From Takakia lepidozioides (Eukaryota; Plantae; Bryophyta): a DNA stretch of 64,000 nt. The DNA lies in assembly GCA_030704615.1 (NCBI GenBank), contig CM060732.1, forward strand, positions 20,894,001 to 20,958,000, given 5' to 3'. Under the pieces are notes generated by a model that was not told the origin of the DNA, did no database searches, and saw only the letters and a list, made by a program, of their open reading frames with translations. The position numbers and the translations under genes were made by a program. Of the stretch, positions 1-13,038 are shown piece after piece (position 1 is the stretch's first letter; the number at the start of each line of letters is the position of its first letter).

Positions 1-1482
1 AATCGAAAATTCAATAGCTTCGTTCAGACCTTTGGCTTAATTCCAAGCCAAGCCGATCCTTGTGTGTATTATAGCACAACAGAACCCAAGCTAATTTTGG
101 CGATATTTGTTGATGATGGTCTGATTTGCAGTCACAGATCAGACAATGTCAATGATATTTTAGGCTACATGGGGAAGACGTTCAAAATTACACAAGGATT
201 GCCAGAGATATATGTTGGTCTTCACATCACGAGGGACCGTGCCAATCGTGTCATGCATGTCGATCAGACAAGATACGTCCTACGTATGCTTCAAAAGTTT
301 GGATTTTCCGATGCCCATTCAGTCTTTGTGCCTGCTGATCCAAACAGTCGTCTTGACAACATCACCAGAAAAGATAAAGACACGATCACCACCTACCCCT
401 ACAAGGAAATTGTAGGCAGCCAAATGTTTGCATCTATGGGCACTCGACCAGACATTTCTTTCTTGGTGAGCAACGTGGCCAAATATAGCGAACGACCAAA
501 GCAGGCTCACTGCAATGCCGGGTGATGAAGTACTTGAGAGGTTCACCAAACCTAGCCCTCACCTACTCAGTCACAAAAGAGCCAAACATTCTTATTGCTT
601 ACTGTGATTCAGATTATGCTGGAGATATTGATGCTTAGGGATTGTGATACTTCTCAACGGGTCTTTTTGCATGGATGAGTCGAAAGCAACCATGCACCTC
701 TGGGAGCACTACGGAGTCTGAGTACATTACAGAGGCAATGGCCACGAAGGAGATCATATGGCATCGCAGGCTTCTCCAAAGCATTGGATGCCCCCAGCCT
801 CACCCCACCCCTCTCTACAGTGACAACCAGTCAGCCATACGGTTGGTACACAATCCGGAATTTCACCGGAGGACAAAGCACATAGATGTGGCTTTCCACA
901 TCATTAGAGAGCATTAGGAAGAGGGCCATATCGACATTCGTTATGTGCCTACAGTCAATCAAGTCGCTGATGTGCTTACCAAGCCACTAGCAGTTACTAA
1001 CAAATTTCAGCAAATGCGCAGTCTACTTGGACTACAACCAGCAGCTTGAGATTTTTTGAAAGCTACACGCCTTCGTTACTTTAGATGAGTGTGTTATCGT
1101 TGAGTGGGAGTGTTGAATGGGTTGTTTTCTGCAACTCCAACACAGTGCCAGCTTTGTAGGATGTCACCGCTGCACCACCGCACCTTCTAGCGGTGACTTA
1201 GCTAGGGCTCCTACAAATTAGCAATACTATCATGCCACCGCAGCTCTATATATACCTCAGCTCGTATGGAGCGAACTCTCTCTCCAGATTGTTATATGCA
1301 ATTAGCCTCATGATGTTTTTTTGGCAAAAAGACACTTTCAAGGTTAATCTAGCTTTGTCTGCAAAGTGTGTAGTGGTGTGTAGTACCGGTTCTTGATTGC
1401 ACTAGTTATTCACTGTTTGCTATGTAGAGTTTGTGTCATGTATGTCTCCTTTTCAGTGAACTTGCAACCACTACATTTAACA
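1..1482 (+). mobile_element. 3' part of a Ty1/copia LTR retrotransposon (degenerate RT/RNase H, PPT, 3' LTR 1111-1482), inserted into exon 2 of a GH3 gene
   Basis: ORFs 64-525 and 675-917 carry copia RT/RH motifs (IFVDD, TRPDI, STTESEY, SDNQSAI, HRRTKHIDV) with stops and frameshifts. Polypurine tract TGAGTGGGAG 1101-1110 is followed by TGTTGAA...TTTAACA (1111-1482). Sequence right after 1482 (TCACTGCGCAAGAG|GTGCGT) matches the end of GH3 exon 2 in the paralog at 34177-34195. Confidence 0.9.
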
Positions 1483-4227
1483 TCACTGCGCAAGAGGTGC
1501 GTACATATTTCTGGAACCTCCAAGTTTGTGTGTTTCTGGGTCTCTCCCTTCACAATATCAGTTGGGTGCCAGTATATTCACTCTAGGTTTCAAAACGGAG
1601 TTGAGTCCTTAGCAAATGTTGCCAGGATCTTTTGGTTGGTCTAATTTAGTATGTCAGGTTTCGTTTGAGGGCATGAGAGAGACTGAGATATCGATCGACA
1701 TGACTCGTCCGTGTAAACAGCTTGCAGAATGTCTAGCCTAGTATTGTTACTCTTAACAAGTACAACAGCAGTAGAAAGATTCCTAGATGTAGCATATACC
1801 GAGTCATGAGTGTACATGTAGCTAGTGCATGGGCAATAAACACGTAGTTACTTAGACGTTTCAGTAGTGTGTAATGGTTGCTTGGGAGATCCAGGAATTA
1901 TATCGTTATTGAGACCGTACTGGTCAATTTTGATGTGTACAGTAGACCATTGACTGTTAAGCTTAGTATGCCTTCTGTGGTGGTTGGATCGTTGCGGGAT
2001 ATTTGAAACGTTGCAGTTGAAGCCGGGCAAGTCAGTGTCTATCAGTTTCCTCCCAGCAATGCAAATTGACACCCCAAGCGGAATCAAGGCTGGAGCAGTG
2101 ACCACCAATTTTTATAAGAGTCCACTGTACAGAGAGCGGAAATATAACGTAAACAATGTACATTTGAGCCCAGTTGAAGTGCTGCTTTGTAGCGACAGTA
2201 GTCAGGCCATGTACTGCCATCTCCTCTGTGCCCTCTGTGAGGCACAAGAAATAACCAGACTGGAGACGATTTTTGCTGCTACAGTCGTTAGCGTGGTGAG
2301 AGCTCTTCAAAAGTGCTGGCCCTAAATTTGCGAGGACATAAGAACTGGGACCCTCAACAGCAAGATACCCTGCTGTCAGAAACGCTGTGGGAAAGATACT
2401 GAAGCAAAATACGGTCCTGGCAAGCGTGATTGAGAAGGAGTGCATGGTTGATGACTGGGAGGCTATCATCCCCCGTCTCTGGAGGAATATTTGCTACATT
2501 TCGTGTATATTCACTGGAAGTATGCAGCAGTATGTGCCGGCATTGAAGCACTTTGCTGGCCCGAATGTCCATTTGATGTCTACACAGTACGGGGGCGCCG
2601 AATGCCTTTGCATTGGTATGAATGTGAGTCTGAGTTGCGCACCCGAGGATACATCATATTTGGTCTGGCCAGAGGAGGCCTTCTTTGAATCCATTGCACT
2701 GAATTCTTACGGCAACGCATTGGAACCACAAATTCCGGTTGAGCAGCGGATGTGGTGCTTGGGCACGAGTATGAGTTGGTAGAGAAGTGCTCCACCATCA
2801 CTAACACATATATGTGGTGGCGCATCGGTCAGTGGCAACGGGCCCTCATGCGTCCTTAATTCTGTTTCGGGTGGGATGCACACTTATACGCGCGTGTAAT
2901 TTGTAGGCTTGCATAACATGTGGGGTTTGAACGCCCATGCGTAGATGCCAAGAGGCCTTCGTCCTGTCATTTCAAGAGACCTAGTGCGAGCCTCGAACTT
3001 AATTAATTAAATGTGGGGTCCCGAGTTTTTAAGTCATTTGCTGATGATCGATCATATTTGCGCCGAGCTGATCAAGAGCTGATCGGGGGAAGATTATTGT
3101 AGATTGAGGCAGTAAGATTTGTGACGTGCACGTCCCAAATTGAATTATGTTTTATCGATTACCGGGAGAGAATCTTGACATTGAAGTCGAGATTTTGCTG
3201 CAGGCTAAGCATGTTGTTCAAACGTGTCAAAATCCACTGTTTGTGCACATCCATATTGGGCAATTCAAGATTTCATACAGATGTATAGTTACTGAGGTCC
3301 ATGGCTCAGAGGCCAGACTAGAGATTTGGAGAGACATGTGCAGTAAGCTGTAGGCTGAACTTTTCGGAGTCTAGAACTTATAATTATTTGCCATTTGGAG
3401 GCGGCCTTTGCTCAAGTTTATGTTCGCATGGTAGGATGAATTTGCTAGGTCTATATCGCTACCGTCTTGGGGATGTTGTGAGGGTAAAGAGCTTCAGAAA
3501 CACAGCACCAATCGTGGAATTCGTTCGCAGAAAGGATGTGCCTCTCAGCATCAACACTGACAAAACTGATGAACAAGAGCTTCAAATAATTGTCAACAAG
3601 GCAACCCAACACTTTGCTGGAACATCATTAAAGCTGGCCGACTTCACCAGCCACGCAGACATCACCTCAGCGCCAGGCCACTACGTTATCTTCTGGGAAC
3701 TGGAGAGTAGCAGGTATGTCACATGAATATAACTTATCTGAGTCTGTTCTCTTTGCAGCTGCAACCTTGAGTTAATTACATCATTTGAGGTACGTACCAG
3801 ATTCAAAAATTTGTGTGTTTTAGATTATCTAAACATTTATTCAGCCCATGCTCCAGATTGAGCAGCTTGGGGATTTCTTACTCTTTGGTTATCCATTGTG
3901 CACAGTGACGACAAGAATTTGGATCACGAAGTCTTACAGAAATGTACCAATGCGCTTGATGTTTCCTTGAATTACCCCTACCGAAGATTGAGGGTGGGAG
4001 ACACGATTGGACCTTTGGTGCTCCAGGTTGTCGGGAGTGGAACATTCAACAAGTTAATGGATATGGCGATCAGCAAAGGAACTTCCCCCGCACAGGACAA
4101 GACCCCTCGATGTGTGAGCGCACCTCATCCACCTCATTTTATGGAGATATTGAACGCTGCAGTGGTTGCCAGATTCTATAGCCTAGAAACACCCTCTGCT
4201 TTGCAATATCCCAGTGCGCCTGCATGA
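1483..4227 (+). pseudogene. GH3: GH3 acyl-acid amido synthetase pseudogene (copy 1)
   Basis: Colinear with the intact paralogs (exon 3 ~1997-2780, exon 4 3449-3713, exon 5 3906-4227; YRLGD motif). Lesions: copia insertion in exon 2, premature TAA at 2323-2325 (GAA in paralogs), frameshifts near 2366 and 2745, and the exon-3 donor replaced by ~70 bp of unrelated filler (2781-2850). Confidence 0.92.
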
Positions 4228-6562
4228 GATCTTGTTTTTGAAAATTTTCAAAAATGGCACACTGTCCACATAGGACTATGGATCCCCTGGATCCCCGGTT
4301 GCTCCTTTGGGGCTACCATTCATCACAACTCTTAAGCTAAAATTCCATGAACCGCTCAGGACTCCAGGTTGGTATGCACGTTGTATGAGCTTGAAATGCA
4401 GGTCATGAATAATATAGTGGAATCTACATTCCACTGCATTCTTTGATGTGTGTGCACAACTGGTAAACTTCAGGATTCAGATTTTGCCAGTATTCCATCA
4501 TAGCATGATCAAATAAATTATCTGTTGACAATTGTGACAGAGTGTTCATTGTAAGCAAAACTCATTTCTCTTAGTGCAGTCCACATAAATTAGAGATCAT
4601 CAGCTTCAAGATTCTTTCTTTTGGCTCTGTCTGTGACTCGCGACTTTATCTTCTAACTGTTAGCTCTTACCCCACCTCGACACCCCACTTCTTTGTATCT
4701 AGATGCTTGCTTAGTTTAGCCAATGCATGCAGAGAATTCACATGTATATAAGTCTAGTTCCCTACGAGTTCATCAGTTTCATTGAGGAGCACACTCCGGA
4801 CACGCAAAGCAATTTATCTGCGGACCCACAGATGTTAACTTCGCCAACCGTAGCTCACAACACAACACCTACCCTGAGGATACACACAACAAACTCACAA
4901 AGGTCCGGGGGAGCTCCGCGTTTTGCGGTGAGTGAGCCCCGGGACTTGGGCATTTTTTTGAAGCTCAAACCCTCCCCTCTCCCCCCCTCTCTCAATCTAC
5001 GAATATTTAGCAGTACGCCATCCTGGGCTCGCTGCTTTCGTCTCTCCCCTGCCTCTCTTTCTTCTCCCGGACTCACCCATGATGTTTTGGCTTGATGCGC
5101 CATTATTTGCATATTTTTCGAGGTGTTTCCCCGCTCTCTCCACCCCCTCCTACATCTCGTTAATGAGCCGCACTGCACATCGCGGCGTCTCTTCCCCCTC
5201 TGTCAAGACCAAAACAGCAGGCACTTCAGCTCTTGAGAGGTTTCTGGGGACTGTGTATGCCTTAACATGCCAAGGATGCAGAATTCCCTTATTTGCCCGA
5301 CAATATGGCAACTCTCATTACACCGCCGCCCACTTCAAATGCTCACAACTCAGCATTCAGGGAAGTGATCGATTTCCCTCTTACTCTAGCTACTGTGATT
5401 TGGCCCTTCATATTATGAGTCTGGCGGCCGATGTTATCTACTGGTTTAATGTCTTGATAACTACTCTCTGCGACTGCCTCCGGATTCCCTGCTCCACGAG
5501 GTTGTTGCCCTGCGACGAAGCTTCTGCTTCTCGCACTCCTCAGTACCCTCACTTCCACTTCACCTCATCTTCATTTCACTTCTCTTCGCTGTTCTGTCTG
5601 TGCTGGCTTGTTCGCCTTGAGTGTGCCTGGGTCTTTCTAACCTGCAGGGCTCATATGGAGTCCAGAGGTTTACCAGAGGAGCAAGTCACAAACGCTCAAA
5701 GCGGGGAGGATCTTCCCTCTCCGGTAGAGGCAAGACCCAAACTTGGCAAAAGAAAAACAACTCCACAGAGGCTTCGGGTGCCTCCATCTTGGGCAAAGGC
5801 CCCAGCTTCAGCCTTCCGCCCCCCTCCCCCTTGCCTGCAGATACACCATGGGAAGACATTCTGGCGCCAGTGGAATCAGAGCTGCCCGTGCTCAAACTAA
5901 ACAAGGAAAAACTGAAAGCACAGGCTCGGAAACTATCACAAAGAGGAGTCCTCATATACTCCTTGGGTTGGTCGATGGGATAAAATTGGTGTAACTATTG
6001 GTTCTGCGCACGTCCTTTATCGAGTTGCATGGGTGGTGAACTCGGAACTATCTGGCGAACCATCAGCGAGTTGCATCAGCCTTGAGAGAAGGAGATTTGT
6101 TTGATTGCTTGATTAAGGTATACGTGCATCCCAGAATTTCACAACCCATTCTTGAATGTTACTGATCACACCTTAAAAGTTGAATGGTATGATCATTTAT
6201 CTATGATATGAGGCTTTTGAATTCTACATAGTCAAGCAAAAAGTAAAAACTTAAGTTTCTTTACAAAAAAGATCTCATGAAATTGGCTTCTCATTTAACA
6301 ATAACGGGGTCATGAATGCCCGCACATGTGGCTGCGGCGGGGCCCGCGTGTGGCAGAGGGGGTCTGGGAGCTTGTTGGGTATGCCCGCAAGCTACCGGGC
6401 CCACAAAACACATGAGCTAGTCTGCCGGGGCCCACAATATGCACATAAAGCATTAGTTATTAGTTATTGCAGGGGTTTGCAGAAACTGGCGGTCAGTGTG
6501 GTGGTTAAGAGCAATGAATGATAAACACGAGGTGTGGTGTTCAAATCTCGTTATGTTGTACC

Positions 6563-9500
6563 TGTTGGGAAGTAATTAAACATATCTAGAAGACTAAGAG
6601 TCTTGAAGGCCAAAGGTTTAGCAGTCTAAGAGACTATCTTGTTTAACTCACCTTTGGAAGGTGAATGGCTAGAAGGTGGATTGTCACCATAGTAGAAGTG
6701 GAAGTGACCAAGTAGGACTTTCTAGAGACCTTCTTGTACAAGCTCGGGGGTGAAGCCACTAGTCTAAGTGTAAGAATATGATGGTGGCTTCTATGGTTGG
6801 GAGGAGAGCTTTAGGTTTAGCTTTAGTCTAAGACTTTAATTCTTGTTCATGTTCTTGCTCAATTCTAACATGGTATCAGAGCCATTCTTCTCTAGGTGAG
6901 AGTTGGTAGTTGAAAGAACTTGATCATGGCTGGAGCGTCATCTTCTAGCAATCCTCCTTCTATGTCTATGACGAGTGCATTAGATGTGAAAGTGGAAGAT
7001 CGATTCAATGGAGCTAACTATCAAACCTGGAAGTTTAGGATGGAGATGGTCCTTCTAGACAAAGATCTATGGGGAGTGGTTGATGGATCAGTCCCAAGAC
7101 CTGACACTATTGTTGGCCAAGCCATATGAGATAGGATAGATCAGAAAGCAAGAGCTAGCATCATCACAAGCTTGAGAGACAATCAGTTGCATCTCATTAT
7201 AAATGCTAAGGATGCTAAGGATGTTTGGGACAAGCTAGCAAGCATATATGAGACGAAGGATGTCACATCGCAAGTGTATGCGACGCAAAAGTTCTATGGT
7301 CTGAAGATGACCGAGTCAGACTCAGTTGAACAACACTTGAATTTGTTTTGTGTGTTGTGAAATCAACTAGTCTTTGTGGGAACTAATGTGACTGATGAAC
7401 ACGCCGCAGTGGTGTTATTGGCAACCTTACCTGAATCCTATGATGGTTTTGTGGTGTCTCTAGCAGGACAAACCAACTTAACTATTGATGTTATCATAGG
7501 ACTTCTCCTCAAGGAGGAAACAAGAAGAAAAGGTCAAGGTACGTCTACAGAGGTAGATAGAGCTTTGTTCACATGCAAGACTGGAGTAGTCTTAATAAAA
7601 GACTCCCTTCACATGTGTCTCAAAAGTCCCAGAGGTTTCAAAAACCTCAATCTAGCTCAAAGATCAAAAAGGCCAAAGTAAGGTGCTTTTATTGCAAGAA
7701 AATTGGTCACATGATCAAGGATTGTAGAAAGCGCATTGTAGATGAGCGCAGCAAAGAGAGTCAAGGGAACATAGCTACTCATCAGAGGAACGCTATTCTA
7801 TTTGTCGTGTGTCTCTCAGCCACTACTAGACAGAAGCATGTGTGGTATGTTGATTCAGGAGCATCTCAACATATGACTTCAGAGAAAGAACATTTCTTAT
7901 CATATAGATTTCTTTCATCTACACAATATGTTCTTTTGGGAGATGATAGCAAGCATGTCATTGGTGGGGAATGCTCAGTCTTTCTTATGCTTAATGAAGG
8001 GGAAACCATAGAGGTGGAAAATGTCCTACATGTCCCTACTTTAACAAAGAACTTGCTGTCTGTAAGACAAATTGTTGCAAAGGGATACAGAGTGGTATTC
8101 CAAGATGAGAGTTGTACTATCACAGATAGCTCAGGAGCTGTGGTAGCAAGAGCTATTCTTGATAATTGCTTGTATAGATTACAACATCATGTCTCCAGTG
8201 CTCTTACCACATTTTCACCACAGTTGGGATCTACACCTGTTATGTCAGAAACAGAGTTGTGGCATAGAAGGTTAGGTCATGTGAGCATTAAGAAGTTGAG
8301 ACAGATGCAACTCTCAAGCCATCTTGTGAAATGACTACTATTGAAGGAGATGAGCGATATGCGTCTATGCAAAGGTTGCTTGGAAAGGAAGCAACATCGA
8401 GGTCAATTTCCTAAGGGTGGTGGACGAAGAGCCACAAGTATATTGGAGATTGTACATTCTGATGTATGCGGGCCAATGCAAACCACATCACTTGGAGGAG
8501 CAAGGTACTTTGTGACATTCATTGATGATTTGTCAATGAGGGTTGTGGTGAATTTCCTAAGGCAGAAAAGTCAAGTACTAGAGAAATTCAAGGAATTCAA
8601 AGTATTTGCAGAAAAACAAACTGGAAAGCCTCTAAAGATTTTGAGATCTGACAATGGGGGTGAGTACATCTCAAAGGCTTTCAATCATTTTTGTCAAGAG
8701 AATGGAATAGCTCGACAGCTTACTGTTCCATATACACCTGAGTAGAATGGTATAGCTGAGCGGATGAATAGATCACTGCAAGAATCTGCAAAGAGTATGT
8801 TGAAAGAAGTGAATCTTTCAAATCATTTTTGGGTAGAAGCTGTTGGCACTGCAACATATCTTCACAACAGAATACCTACCAAATCAGTGTTGGGAAAAAC
8901 ACCAGAAGAGGTATGGAGTGGTCAGAAGCCTAGTGTGGCTCATTGTAGGATTTTTGGATGTTGTGCATATATTCATATTCCTACTTAGAAGCGAAGGAAA
9001 CTTGACTCCAAATCAGAAGGATGCATCTTCATTGGCTACACAGAAGGTGTGAAGGGATATAAGTTGTTCAATGAGACAATTAAGGCTGTCAAACACAGTA
9101 GGGACGTAGTGTTTGATGAAGGCTTCATACCCTCTTTGGTAGTGGGAGAAGATAACATGGGAATGAGCTTAGAGCCATTACACCATTTCCAGGAGGAGTC
9201 TTATGAGGAGCCAATACAAGAGATGGCTGAAGCAAATGATGGAGGTGTTCAACTTGATGGAGTTGATCAAAGAGTCGAAGTTGGTGAACCACTTGTTGAT
9301 ATGGACTCTAGAGATGAAGTTGAAGATGTGCCAATTCTAAGGAGATCTCAGCGGGAAAGAAAAGCTCCTAGTAGGCTGATTACATCCATGAGTGTCATTG
9401 AAGCTATGGAAGAAGCATCGCAAGTGGTTGAACCTGCTACATATGAAGAAGCGATACGCTCTCCAGAAAAACTACAATGGGAAGAAGCAATCAACTCAGA

Positions 9501-11655
9501 GTTGGATTCATTGATGCAAAACAAAGCATGGACACTCACCAGGTTGCCTACAGGACAAAGAGCCATTGGTTGCAAGCGGATCTTCAAGTTGAAGTACGAA
9601 GCTGATGGATCTATTTACCGGTACAAAGCTCGTCTTGTAGCTAAAGGCTATGCACAAATTCAAGGAGTGGATTACAATGAAACCTTCTCACCATTGGTGA
9701 AGATTTCTTCTATCACAGTGTTATTAGCTCTTGCAGCTCAACATAATCACGAAGTTCATTAAATGGATGTTAAGACGGCATTTCTGAATGGAGAACTACA
9801 AGAAGAGATCTACATGAGACAACCTGAAGGGTTTGTACAAAGAGGAAGTGATATTGTGTGTAAGCTGCAAAAGAGTTTGTATGGACTCAAACAAAGTCCT
9901 CGAGCTTGGTATGCCAGGATTGATGCTTATCTCTTAAAGGCAAGATTTGAGCGAAGCATTGTTGACACAAACATCTATGTGAAAAAGATGGGAGAGCAAT
10001 TTGTGGTAATAGCTCTATATGTGGATGAAACAATCATTGTCACCAACGATCATCAAAGGTTGTTGCCAGAAACCAAAGCACTGTTGAGTGCTGAGTTTGC
10101 CATGACTGACATGGGTGAAAATTCGGTTCTGTCTTGGTATTCAAATTAGCAGAGATCGAGTGAACCATACAGTATTCATGCATCAACGACAATACATTGA
10201 GACAATTCTACAAAGATTTAAGTTGGAGATGAATAAGCCAACATCAATTCCTCTCGAAGTTGGTTTGAAACTTACGAATGATATGGCACCTAAGACTTAA
10301 GAAGAGCAAGAGGATATGAGGAAAACTCTTTATCAAAGCGCGGTTGGTTTTGATGTATTGCATGGTTTGTACTAGGCCAGACATTGCACATTCAGTGGGA
10401 GTGGTCTCACAATTTCTTTCAAATCCCGGACAAACCCATTGGAAAGCAGTGAAGAGGATATTTCGATATCGAAGAGGAACATCAACCTCTGGTCTACTCT
10501 ACAAGAGAGTGGAAAATCCAAGTTTGTTGGGGTTTGTTGATGCTGACTGGGCAGGAGACGTTGATAGTAGAAAATCAACTTCAGGCCATTGTTTTCTCCT
10601 AGCAGGTGGAGCTGTATCTTGGTCTAGCAAACGACAAGTTGCAACAGCATTGTCATCAACAGAAGCTGAGTACATGTCCATTACACAAGCAGCAAAGAAG
10701 GTTATTTGGTTACGGAAGTTGCTTGGAGATTTGGGTCATCTCCAATCACTACCTACGACTCTCTATTGTGACAATCAAAGTGCGATTGCACTAAGTCAGA
10801 ATCCGAAGTATCATTCAAAGACGAAGCACATCGAAGTGTAACATCACTACATATGGGAAGTTGTATGCAAGGGAGAGATCAAGATGATCTATTGTGCTAC
10901 AGGAGATATGGTTGCGGATGTTTTGACGAAGAGTCTACCACAAAACACATGAAGTGTTCAGCCTTACTTGGTGTCTCTTCTCCAAAGACAAACGAAGTAA
11001 CTCAATGATATGGTTTAATTGAGTGAGAGTGTTGGAAGTAATTAAACATATCTAGAAGACTAAGAGTCTTGAAGGCCAAAGGTTTAGAAGTCTAAGAGAC
11101 TATCTTGTTTAACTCATCTTTGGAAGGTGAATGGCTAGAAGGTGGATCGTCACCATAGTAGAAGTGGACGTGACCAAGTAGGACTTTCTAGAGACCTTCT
11201 TGTATAAGCTCGGGGGTGAAGCCACTAGTCTAAGTGTAAGAGTATGATGGTGGCTTCTATGGTTGGGAGGAGAGCTTTAGGTTTAGCTTTAGTCTAAGAC
11301 TTTAATTCTTGTTCATGTTCTTGCTCAATTCTAACATGGTATCAGAGCCATTCTTCTCTAGGTGAGAGTTGGTAGTTGAAAGAACTTGATCATGGCTGGA
11401 GCGTCATCTTCTAGCAATCCTCCTTCTATGTCTATGACGAGTGCATTAGATGTGAGAGTGGAAGATCGATTCAATGGAGCTAACTATCAAACCTGGAAGT
11501 TTAGGATGGAGATGGTCCTTCTAGACAAAGATCTATGGGGAGTGGTTGATGGATCGGTCCCATGATCTGACACTATTGTTGGCCAAGCCATATGGGATAG
11601 GAAATATCAGAAAGCAAGAGCTAGCATCATCACAAGCTTGAGAGACAATCTAACA
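6563..11655 (+). mobile_element. Ty1/copia LTR retrotransposon, degenerate; LTRs 6563-6870 and 11030-11336, followed by a second PBS and a repeated gag 5' end
   Basis: Near-identical ~307-bp TG...CA LTRs; PBS TGGTATCAGAGCC (tRNA-iMet) at 6871 and 11337; purine tract before 11030. Domain order: gag (CFYCKKIGHMIKDC knuckle), PR (WYVDSGAS), GAG-pre-integrase (WHRRLGH), INT (HSDVCG, RSDNGGEY), RT (KARLVAKG, MDVKTAFL, LYVDE), RH (DADWAG, SSTEAEY). Several in-frame stops. Confidence 0.95.
6926..10990 (+). pseudogene. copia gag-pol polyprotein, interrupted by stops and frameshifts
   Basis: Consecutive ORF fragments 6920-10841 in copia domain order; 3' end approximate. Confidence 0.9.
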
Positions 11656-11660
11656 ACGTG

Positions 11661-12020
11661 CACTACAACAGATCGCGGTAATTATGATTGCCAAACCGTG
11701 GTAGTCATGGTTTTCATGACTTTGACCATAACCGCACCATGTTTTTATATGAAATTGACCTCCCGCAGTCGTTCATATGACTTCATACGACTGTAGTCAT
11801 ATGAACGACTATCTAAATAGTCGTCTTTATAATTACATAGCTCCGGAATGGGCGGAAGGCTGGTCAACGGCAATTGACCAGATTTAGCTCACCATTCATA
11901 GTCATTTCCATGACTACAGTGTACATGGATGAAGTTGCATAGTCATGATGACTACTGGGGATTTTGTAATTTGGTGTGTATAATACAATTAAAACACTAT
12001 ATGATCATATGAATGACTAA
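11661..12020 (+). mobile_element. possible left end of a CACTA/En-Spm element with subterminal repeats
   Basis: CACTACAACAGA at 11661 followed by many short GTAGTCAT/ATGACTAC-type direct and inverted repeats; no matching right end with a 3-bp TSD was found. Confidence 0.4.
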
Positions 12021-12245
12021 TGGGTATATTGGTTAACAGGTAGTGAACTATAACTCTTATAGTAAAGAGGTTGCAGGTTCAAACTCCTCTAAGTACAATC
12101 AAATGGATAAGATGGCCCTAGGGTTACTAGGCGAGCTAGGGATAGCACGTGGTACCCTAGATGGATTGCCACGTGGTTTTTTCATTATTATAAAATGCAT
12201 TATGCCACGTGGCACAATGCGGTGCGACGCGGCGTTTGACATATG

Positions 12246-12442
12246 GTAGGATTGGTGATGAGGTACGTACCTCGAGTGTATATTGTACCGAGGTGGAGAG
12301 TGTATGGAAAAGCCCTCTTACTTGGTCTTGATTACTTCCTTAGAGGCTGGACCAACGTACCAGGGAGCTTAGATTAATTATACAATAGTGTTAACTATTT
12401 AATTCAAAGACTTGGGATGTAGAGTAATTATTACAATCTTAA
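12246..12442 (+). repeat. ~250-bp tandem repeat unit; left half, split by the TTAA-flanked element and continuing at 25131-25410
   Basis: GGTAGGATTGGTGATGAGGTACGTAC...AGATTAATTATACA recurs at 25191-25330 and in reverse orientation at 28197-28785. Confidence 0.85.
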
Positions 12443-12519
12443 CCCTTAAGTTCCCAAGCCCTTTTTTGACTTTTTACCAATTTTGGGTATCCAGCTGCAG
12501 TAAATTTCCCCTATAAACC

Positions 12520-12875
12520 TGTCAAGTTAAATAGGCACAGTGTGAAAACAACTAGAATAAAGCTAGTTATTTGTATTTAACACTTGGATTTAGGTCAAGT
12601 GTTAAATCAAGTGTCAAGTTTAGTTTGACACCTGAACCGCCTTATCTTCACGAGAGCGGCAGTCGCGCAGCTCATCTCTCTCGAGTTGAGCCTGCGCGAC
12701 CGAGCTCCTGCATCGTTTAGGACTTAGTGTGCTCATGATGGGAGTGTAGGTTGTTGTGGGGTGGAGTTCCCACAGCTTGGGGTGCCCCTGGCTCGACTTC
12801 TGTTTTAAAGAATGATAGCGATGGATTTCATATTTCTTGTGTTGGGAGTGTGTGTCCTTTTAGCTTTTCTTATCA
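12520..12875 (+). repeat. terminal repeat A1 (356 bp), about 9 substitutions versus A2
   Basis: Direct comparison with 23938-24293; contains several hairpins (TTTAACACTTG/CAAGTGTTAAA; GTCGCGCAG/CTGCGCGAC). Confidence 0.95.
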
Positions 12876-12894
12876 CTCGAGAGAGATCAGCTGC
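12876..12894 (+). promoter_or_regulatory. putative self-priming primer-binding site
   Basis: CTCGAGAGAGATCAGCTGC directly after A1 is an 18/19 reverse complement of GCAGCTCATCTCTCTCGAG at 12667-12685 inside A1; no TGG tRNA-type PBS is present. Confidence 0.7.
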
Positions 12895-12951
12895 ATCTAG
12901 TTTTCTTGTAGTGCTAAGCTAGATAGAGTTCTTTTATGTTAGCACTATATC

Positions 12952-13038
12952 GATGGTCGAGGTGAAGAGAGCGGCATGCTTGATGACAGCATGGTTCTCC
13001 AACTCGTCATAAGCCATACCAAGCTCGTCCAAGAAGCG
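12952..13038 (-). pseudogene. THI1: captured fragment of thiazole synthase THI1/THI4 coding sequence
   Basis: [29 protein letters not shown] matches the plant THI1 segment FLDEIGVAYDE...[12 protein letters not shown]; the flanks are unrelated. Confidence 0.85.

Noticed and set aside
4890-5995. ORFs 5079-5900 and 5621-5983 as a host gene or LINE ORF1
   Set aside because: No recognisable domain; possibly a LINE 5' remnant, but not supportable from the sequence alone.
12901-12913. TTTTCTTGTAGTG as the right TIR of the CACTA end at 11661
   Set aside because: It lies inside the gypsy element, matches the left end only partly, and the flanking trinucleotides (GTG vs CTA) are not a TSD.
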